A stretch of DNA of 64,000 bases, from assembly GCF_009914755.1 (NCBI RefSeq), contig NC_060927.1; one strand, written 5' to 3'. Position numbers and translations under genes: made by a program. Below the pieces are notes generated by a model. It searched no databases and was not told the DNA's origin. It was given only the letters and a program-made list of their open reading frames with translations. Origin of the DNA: the human T2T-CHM13v2.0 reference genome, Homo sapiens. Positions 55,043 through 64,000 of this stretch are shown here, piece by piece (position 1 is the first letter of the stretch; the number at the start of each line of letters is the position of its first letter).

Positions 55043-55258
55043 GCCACGTCTCTATCAAAAATACAAAAAAATTAGTTGAGCATGGTGGTGTATGCCTGTG
55101 GTCCCAGCTACTCAGGAGACTGAAGTAGGAGGATCACTTGAGCCTGGGAGGTGGAGGTTGCAATGAGCTGAGATCGTGTGCCACTGCCCTGAAGCCTAGG
55201 CAACACAGTGAGACCCCATGTCAAAAAAAGAAAAAAAAAAAGAAAAGAAAAGAAAGAA
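55043..55258 (+). mobile_element. 5'-truncated AluJ-like element
   Basis: Linker and right arm with GGAGGATCACTTGAGCC and GAGACCCC, plus an A-rich tail. Confidence 0.9.
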
Positions 55259-55503
55259 GAGTTGACGTTAGTATAAAACTAAATGAATATAGTTGTTCAT
55301 TCACTGTTTCTGATCATTTTTCATTGAGCTAAAAAATTATGCATTCATTAAATTAATGTCTAAATACCATGCCCTGGTACCATTTTAATATGATCTAGCA
55401 AAAATACTTCATTTGATTACTTTTTTGTAGTTCACAGTCATCTTCCAAGATTCATCCAATTTTTAAAGGAGTTTAACTACTGAATTAAATAGGGGAATAT
55501 GGG

Positions 55504-55863
55504 TGTATTAGTCCATTTTTATGCTGCTGATAAAGATATACCTGAGACTGTAATTTATAAAAGAAAAAGATGTAATGGACTCACAGTTTCATGTGACTGG
55601 GGAGGCCTCACAGTCATGGTGGACAGTGAAATGAATGTCTGACACGGTAGCAGACAAGAGAAGCGAACGAGCTTGTGCAAGGAAACTCTCATTTTTAAAA
55701 CCATCACATCACGTGAAACTTACTCACTATCACGAGAACAGCAAGGGGAAGAACCACCCCCGTGATTCAGTTACTTCCCACCAGTTTCTACTACAACACG
55801 TGGGAATTGTGGGAGTCGCAATTCAAGATGAGATTTGGGTGGGGACACAGCCAAACCATATCA
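55504..55863 (-). mobile_element. THE1B-like solo LTR
   Basis: TGTATTAGTCCATTTT...CAGCCAAACCATATCA, TSD ATGGG/ATAGG. Confidence 0.92.
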
Positions 55864-55944
55864 ATAGGGGACTGAAGACTACCTCTGCATCCTTTAGGTC
55901 TGTAAGATGACACAAGTCTTCTTATGACCTTACAATAAGATATG

Positions 55945-56068
55945 ACTTTTTATATACACATTTATATAACTAGGTATTACTTTTTATATACATATATATT
56001 ACTTTTTATATACATATATTACTTTTTATATACATACATCTATTTTATATATATATATATGTATATAT
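55945..56068. repeat. AT-rich tandem repeat (~20-22 bp unit TATTACTTTTTATATACATA)
   Basis: Three clear copies plus degenerate flanks. Confidence 0.85.
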
Positions 56069-57295
56069 GTTAGACCTGGAGAAAGTTCTAGTTAAACAGA
56101 CTTTCTATTTGCTTTTCCTGCATTGATGCCTTTTATCTTTCAAGATCAAGGATAGAATATGAAGGCTGTGCAAACTGCCAACTAGGTCTATTCCAGTTCT
56201 ACATTCAGGGATCAGGGAAATGGCCACAAGTTTGATTCAGGGACTAGCTTTTAGCTCAAAGTCAAACCTTAGCAAAGATTTGATTTATTACTTGGCTTAT
56301 ATGTGCTCCTACATAAGAGGAGGGCCATGATGACACTTTAGGTCTCTAAATATCAGTGACAATTGGGTACTTCTACACAACATTTCTAACAAAGTTCAGG
56401 TATTCTCCTTACCCTAGTGCAGAATTACTCATTTGACTTACTATAGAGTTCTTTGGGGAATTACTGACAGATTCATTCTCACATATAATTGACTTGGGAT
56501 TGCAAAGTCTTTTCATCCTGGAGTGGCAGCCACCTCTTCAGTCAATGAATGTTGGATCTGAAAACATTCTCAGATCTGAAAACTAAGCAAGGGATTATGA
56601 ATCTACATTGGGGTGATTGCCCTCAGACTTCTGGTTATATATTCTTGGTTTTTTCCTGTGGTATATCTACACATTTATTTACTACTAGCGCTGCTGTGTT
56701 CTATTAATCATCTCCACAACTCTTTGTAAGCCAGGTATTCTTGGTCACTACTTCAACCTTGATATTTTTAACATAATTATAATCCTCTGGCTTCTGACAG
56801 TTAAGTGATCTGGCCTCTATTGTTTTGAGTTACTGTAATCTTTATTTCTATCAGACAAGGTCTGTAAAAGCCACTATTACAATCAGCCTTGACTTTACAG
56901 AAGAAAATCATCACCAAATTATTTAAGGATACTGGTGTGCCTTTCACAATTACATGCATTATAGACTAGGTATAGGGTATGCCATCTGGTCTTTTCCTTG
57001 GAACATAATCATCTGGTGGGTCTTCCAACTATACATAATATATCTATTCCAGTACACTCATTTTCCAAAGTCTTATAATTTCTCCACAACTGTTCTAGCA
57101 TTCCAACTTCACTTAGATGGGGCATTGCTATTTTCACGTTTAGGGTACCCATTCAATTAGTGACTTTGCAGCATCTACTTGATCTAGGGCTAGTGACACA
57201 CCAAGGCCATATGCCCTTCTCAGGAGTCATCCAGCACTTTATAATTTCAGTTCCATTTTAGGAATCATCAATTATACTAATACAAAATTCCTATA

Positions 57296-57570
57296 TATAT
57301 TGATTCTATGAAAATGTATATTGATTCTATGAAAATGTATATTAATTTAAATATATAGTATACTTATACATATAAATATATGTGGTGATATATATGTGTG
57401 TGTCATGTGTGTACATGCATATATGATAGGTGTATACATGTATGTGTGTATGTATATATGAACATATGCATATATGTATATATAAACATGTGCATATATA
57501 ATATATACACACGTATATTACATATATACACACACAGAAACATATATATACATACACAAACACACACACA
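57296..57570. repeat. 21-bp tandem duplication followed by a degenerate (TA/TG/CA)n tract
   Basis: TATATTGATTCTATGAAAATG x2 (57296-57337), then an alternating purine-pyrimidine tract. Confidence 0.85.
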
Positions 57571-58491
57571 GAGAATAAAACTTTTCTAAAAAATAATTGA
57601 GCTAATTTTAACTTTGATATATTAATTTCTAAAAGTAAAAGTGTAAGATATTTGCCCAGCAGTGGGCATTTAATTTTGTTATTTTTCTTTGTTCTTTTTT
57701 TTAAATAAACTACTCTATTAAGAAAACAGTGTTCTGTTATAGAAGGAATACTGAATATTTATTTGCCTGTGAAAGTGTGAATTGAGAGCAATGAATAGAA
57801 ACTATTGCTATCTATTTAGTCACAAGCATTTTTAAGTCAAACTTCTGTGAGCACAAATGATGAAGTGTTTGGCACATAAGAAATCCATCATATAAATATA
57901 GTTTTGATACAAATTGGAGCAGAGAAATTATTATGCTGTTGTAAGAAAGATTACTATCCAGTAAAACTAGAATGAAATGTGAAACTACAAAGCAACAGAA
58001 TACAAATATGTAAGAATACCCTTACCATGTTGTTCAATACATTCTGCAGGAAAAAAAGTGTCTACACCAAAAAGTAAACCATGATTGGTGGATTGGAGCT
58101 ATAGGAGCTGGAAAAGTTACAAAGTCTTAAAAAGACAAAGAAGCTTCGTTAATAAGAAAAAATCTGAAGCACCCAAGTTCAACTCTATGTCAGGTATATA
58201 ACAAATTTCAAGACAACAATGACTCTCATGTTTGTAGCTAAGAATTTTAAGCCCAGCAGGCTTCACACATTAAACATACACTTTAAACACAGAAATAGAA
58301 TACAAGCTTTTGTAAAACAAGTGAATAATGAGAAATATATAAACTTGAAAATAGACAGAGATCCATGGAACATTTCTTTACCAATTATAAAAGTAAAAGT
58401 ATAGACAGAATCCTGGTTTACTGGTACAATTTGGCAGCCAAAACAGTTCCTGAAGATTAGACAGGTAGATCTGTTTTCAGGTTTTCTTTAA

Positions 58492-58877
<386 letters not shown>

Positions 58878-59793
58878 TGAATCATCTTTGTAAGGACATT
58901 TCCAGCTATATTTGTCTCATTTTTCTATTTGCTTTTCTCAAGTCTATAATCATCCTATCAAATTCCTCTGTTGAAGGCACAGGCATTCCATGAAGAAGGT
59001 TGTTGGATGTTGAGTACAACTTTTCATATTTTCTCTTAGTCTTTCATATGTTTCTACATCAAATTTGATTTGCTTGGTCAACCAATGAGCTTCAGAGGTA
59101 GGATGCTAAAATGAAACTACTTTTTTTTTGCAAGCTATGGTAGGTAGTGAAAGGAAGGTGACAGTGGCTACTGAAAATTCACCTTAGCCCCTCCATTACC
59201 CCAGAAGTAGTCACAGTTATACGTTCTTGCCTATCCCATGCTCTACCCCACAGCCAAAGTGCAATTATGGGGACAAAAATAGGGGACAGTAGATTAATCC
59301 TCTAGCAGCATTCCATAAAATGCTGTCTTTCAAAAAGCAAATAAACTTGGAAGAAAGTAAGTTAAAACATTTGGCCAAAGTGTTATTTAAAAATATATAA
59401 TACAAAATGGTGAGGAAAAAAGCCAAATTGAAATTTAAAACTTATTTTGACTATAACCACAAAATTAGAACATGTGGCTTGAGTAGCAATTATGGTAAAT
59501 ATAGGACAGAAAACCTGAAGTCAGGACTATCCCATAAGAGTTGATTACCTGTTTGTACCATGTAATATGAATAAAAGCATGACTGGGATTGGGATCTATA
59601 AATCAGGCACAAAAGTGGACTGATGGACTGATAATTAAAGATGGTAATAGAAGAGCTTATTAATAAGGTATATTCAATGTGCTGTGAATGAAGAGACTAA
59701 CATTATGATACATTTATATAATTATAGAATGAGGCAGATCTATACTTGTAGGAAAAGATGCTCATATTATACCTATATAAAGAGACGTTTGTA

Positions 59794-59922
59794 GCAGGGC
59801 TTGGTGGTGCATGCCTATAGTCCTCTTATTTCAGCCCAGGAGTTTGAGGCTGAAGTGAGCTATGATCGTGTCACGGCACTCTGGCCTGGGTGACAGAGTG
59901 AGACCTCATCTCCAAAGAAAAA
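59794..59922 (+). mobile_element. AluJ/FRAM-like monomer with an internal deletion
   Basis: GGTGGTGCATGCCTATAGTCC is joined to AGCCCAGGAGTTTGAGGCTGAAGTGAGCTATGATCG. Confidence 0.85.
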
Positions 59923-60339
59923 TATTTTTAGAAAGTTTTTAACAGTCTTTAAAAGGCACCCATTTTTCTTCAGTTTATGATGTAAAAATGACTGTATGGA
60001 CATGATTAAATTCCTAGCACCTTCTGTTCTTTAGTCATGGACTAAATGGCTGGTATCAATGGCTGGTATTATTGCTTATAAAAGTGTCTTCCACTTGACA
60101 GAGCATATATTGAAAAATAAAGTTTATTATTATTTAATTCCATTTTCCACAAACCTTTGAAATTCTCTTATGAAATATCATAGCATTTATTATATTAAAT
60201 GTTAAAATTATATTTTACATACACTGGCTTAAATAATTTAAACTACTTTTTAACGTTGTTTTTAAATGAAAAGGAAAAACAGCTGCTTTAATAATTCCAT
60301 ACCCTATAATATTATACAGATTTTAAATCAAATTAAAAG

Positions 60340-60915
60340 ATACAGTTTTCTGGTTGCTGTTGTTGCATAACAAACTACTCAAAATTAGTAGCATAAAATA
60401 GCAGTTTTACTAGTCTCAATATTTTGTTGATCAAAAGTTTAGACATAAAATAGCAGAGATGACTTATCTTTTTTGCATAATGTTTGTGATCTCATCTGGA
60501 AAGACTCAATTACAGGGATTGACTGAAATATCTGATGATGACTCCAAAGGTTTGAGTGGGGCTGGAAAAATGAGGATGAGGAGTTCAATTTCCAGATAGA
60601 TTATTTGCTCTCATATCTCTCTGGGCTGACACAATTCAGAAATTGGAGTGTGTTGACTTCCATTTGGCTTGTTTACATCATGATGGCTGGGTTTCAGGAG
60701 GAAGGCTTCTATGAGAGTGATCATTCCACAAGAATCCGGGAGAAGATGCATAGTCTTTTCTGACCTTGCCTTGGGTGGCAGTTGTCATAAATTCTGCCAT
60801 ATTTTATTACCTAAAACATTCATAATATTGTCCAGACGAAGAGGAAAGGATACAGACTCTACCTCTCAAGGGAAGACTGTGAAAAATTTTTGTACCATTT
60901 TTTCAAACTGCCACC
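60340..60915 (-). mobile_element. Old MLT1 (H/I/J-like) LTR
   Basis: GTTGCATAACAAACTACTCAAAATTAGTAGC start, TTCTGCCATATTTTATT and ACAGACTCTACCTCTC. Confidence 0.65.
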
Positions 60916-63357
60916 TTCAGAGAGAAAATAATATGGACCAATATTTGTGATTTTAAGAATTAATACAGATGAATAAAACCATAACGATTGGTTTATTATT
61001 GAATATTATAAGAAAATATATTATTTTCATTTGATGAATTACTTGGATATAAAGTTTTAAAAGTCACATTTTTTAATATCAAAGCAATATAATGATTTCA
61101 TGACTTCAGATAGTACTTCAAATAAATAGCTTGGCTTTGTTACTTAACTAAAGTCAAGCTAAACAAAGCTTTAAGCATTCAACTTATTCTGTAAGTTCTT
61201 ATAAAATAATATTGTGGCATTACAAAAGCATAAGAGTCATCAATTTCTGTTAATTCTGTACATAAAAGATCTTATTTGCATTATATTAAATGAATATGCT
61301 TTTTATTGTATATCGTTTACTTTTAAATACTCCTGCTGATACCAGCCACTCCATAACAAAGATAAGCTGAAATCCAATACCATCTCCAAAATTATATGAC
61401 TAGCTTTTCTAGATATCTGGACACAATCTTAAAAGGGAAGGAGACAATAGAATGAGACACAGTTGAACTTCATGTAGAGTAAGTGTTTAGCTGTAAGCAG
61501 TTGCTTGAAACTTGAAAAGAGTTCAATAGCTTGCATTAGCAAGTTTAGGTTGCTACACTGCCTTCCTACAAACACTCTCCCACATGCTTACTACATACTA
61601 CATAGAATGGTAGCAGTTTATGAGAAGTAGGAATAAATGTTTTCATAATATTAAATTTTACTTTGCATTTAAGAATCATAATGTTTAAAATGTTCACTCT
61701 ACTACATCTGAGCATCTCTAAAATTTTCAGAGATGATTTATACCCATGGCTTAAACTTATCTAATTATGGTGACTTATTAACCAGCTTATAAGAAAAAAT
61801 GTGGTTCTAAAAGAGGCTTTAAATTATTTCTATATTCTATAGGTAAAGCAGAATTCATGTAAAATAATTCTTTAGTAAAATTTTCTTAATGGACTATTAA
61901 TTATGTGAAGATACACCGTTTGTATTTGGAATTTGGAAGCAATGGGCTGAGACAATGATAAAGTAAACTGCTGTTAATAATTTTTTAAATGGATGCTTTA
62001 TTGGCTGTGTGCTGGGTGTGATAAAACCTCAGAGTGGCATCAAATGTCCTGAAAATTGACATTGATCTTACAGAAAGATCTTTGAACCCTTAAGACTTCC
62101 ACCAGTCTTTACGTTATTTTGGCTACAGAGGTAAGAACACTTTGTTAAATCACTTATAGAACGAGCCTCCCTATCATCTAACTCAGTGGGTGGAATGCAG
62201 TTTCACATTTTATTCCATCACTATGTCAAAAGCTGACCCATTGGGTGTTCAATCAATATGTGTTGTAGCACTTTTTTAAAAGTAAAACTAAAAGAACCTA
62301 GGTCTTTTAGTTGTGCCAAAAGAGTTACTTGATTTAGCATAATTTAGAGTTATCTAAATCAAAGTTAATTCTTGGTAATAATGCCTGTTTCTAGATTAGT
62401 AAAAGTAAATATTTTAAAGCATATGTAAATATGATATATGCAGAACATTAAATACTTATATATGCCATATATTGTTTAAAAACCTACCATGTTGCTAACC
62501 ATGTGCTATGAAAGTGTATAGATTATTTATGTAATTACCTTAAAACTGGCTCATGGAAAGTTACCAAAAATCAAAATCTAGCATTAAAATTAGGAAATGG
62601 GAAGCATAGTTCAGATTTCCAACATTATAGGTTTAAATTTTTTTTAATTCAAGTAAGTCAGTATTCACAGCCAAAAAGTATGGTTTAATTATTAAAATAT
62701 AAACATAGTCTTGTGAAAAATAAAAACTTGTTCTAATATTTGATTTTGTGATTTTTATATTAGAAGTTATTTAGCATCTTTGAAGTTGATCTTTTTATAT
62801 GAAAGGGTAAAATAATGAGAAAAATGCTTTAAATTTCAGACAAGACAGATAATAATCAATCATCAAAGAATATAAAAGGATATTAATTTGAAATAAGTAC
62901 AGCTGCTATTAACAAGATATTCATAACTCAAATCATTACATTAAGACTATCCTGCACAGAATTTTATACTATATACTTTAATAATTTGAAGAAAACATTC
63001 TATTGACAATGTGGTACAGTACAACTGTAATGATGAATGAAAGAGAAAGAAAAACAAAAACAAAGCTTTAAAAAATAAAATGTAAATAAATGTTTTAAAA
63101 TATGTAGAAACACATAATTGATTATTAAAGTTACCTCTTGTTTTTATTTTTTTGTTTTACTATTTCCTGTGATACATTTTTTCTACTTGACATCATAAGT
63201 TATTACATGTATATATTATACTGTTATACTTCAAATAATCTAGTGAGTTATTGTGGTATAAATGCAATGTTTTCTTATAAATTTATTTTTTGCTTGTTAC
63301 AGAATGTCTTTTATGTTCATATATTTGATTTGTGTGTGCGTCTATATACATACCAGT

Positions 63358-63462
63358 TTTTTTTAATGTTTTTAAAAATCATTATGGGTATATAATAGTT
63401 GTATACATTTATGAGGCACAGGCCTGCTTGTTTTGATACAGGCATGAAATGTGTAATGATCA
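63358..63462 (-). mobile_element. L1MA-type extreme 3' end
   Basis: ATGGGTATATAATAGTTGTATACATTTATG...TTTTGATACAGGCATGAAATGTGTAATGATCA. Confidence 0.75.
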
Positions 63463-63734
63463 GTTTATATGTTCTCGATATATTTTATTCACGTTAGTTT
63501 TTGTTTCTCCCAGCAGTTGGAGTATAAAGAGCTGCCTGTTCTGCTTTTGTTTGTTTGTTTTAGTTTTTCCTTTGTTCATTTATTTAGTAAATGTTCATCT
63601 GTGTGGTGGCTATCCTTTAAATGCTTGGAGATGTGCAGAACCATCTAATAAGTTTCCAGTTCTCATTCTGTGGATTAGAGGATAATTTCTCTGATCAGCA
63701 GACCCTCATTTTCACTCACAAGCTCAAAAGTGGA

Positions 63735-64000
63735 AAGGACTAAACATATATGGTCTTTCTATTTCTAATTTTTTAAGCAATCTCCATTCTGTTTTCTATA
63801 GCTATTGCACCATTTTGTATTCCCAACAGCAGCACACAAGGTTCCAATTTCTCCACATCCTTGCTAACATTTGTTATGTCTCTCTCTCTCCCTCTCTCTC
63901 TCACTGTGTGTGTGTGTGCACACGCGTGCTTAACAGCAATCTTAGTAGGTGTGAGCTGCTCATTATAGTTTTTATTTGCATTTATCCGATAATGAATGAT
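63735..64000 (-). mobile_element. L1M ORF2 3' fragment running off the window, with a (CT)n(TG)n insert
   Basis: GGTTCCAATTTCTCCACATCCTTGCTAACATTTGTTAT and GTTTTTATTTGCATTT. Confidence 0.8.

Larger units (their letters stand above)
52246..57275 (-). mobile_element. HERV16-like internal remnant, interrupted by an AT minisatellite, Alu and THE1
   Basis: Directly abuts the LTR16-like end. Degenerate pol/gag-like sequence such as CCAGGATGGAGGGGAACCAATGT, CCCTGAATCTCCACAGGGTTAAT and GCCATCTGGTCTTTTCC. Confidence 0.65.

Overview
This is eukaryotic, primate (AluS/AluY and L1PA-containing, human-like) genomic DNA. It is AT-rich, LINE/LTR-dense and gene-desert-like or deep-intronic. I find no supportable protein-coding exon, RNA gene, CpG island or CRISPR array, and the listed ORFs are repeat-derived or look like chance ORFs. 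The window is a nest of transposable-element fossils: ERVL and HERV16 internal remnants, a truncated ERV1 provirus (MER66-like LTR, env, part of integrase), many MaLR solo LTRs (MLT1, THE1), a near-full-length but rearranged L1PA13-16-type element inside an older L1M, Tigger3, MER30, MER63, L2, MIR and about nine Alu/FLAM copies. Several have readable target-site duplications (TSDs). Subfamily names come from my recollection of consensus sequences, not a database search. The most unusual observations are three rearrangement scars. (1) A composite Alu insertion at 23.9-24.4 kb: one TSD encloses a 20-nt Alu 5' end, a 96-bp ~90% copy of sequence lying 22 kb downstream, and a full AluY. (2) A chimeric L1 whose endonuclease/early RT region is replaced, in frame, by ORF1 of a different L1 lineage. 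(3) Fold-back inverted duplications in and near a palindromic AT-rich minisatellite at 52.5-54.1 kb. I see no evidence for a new functional gene system.
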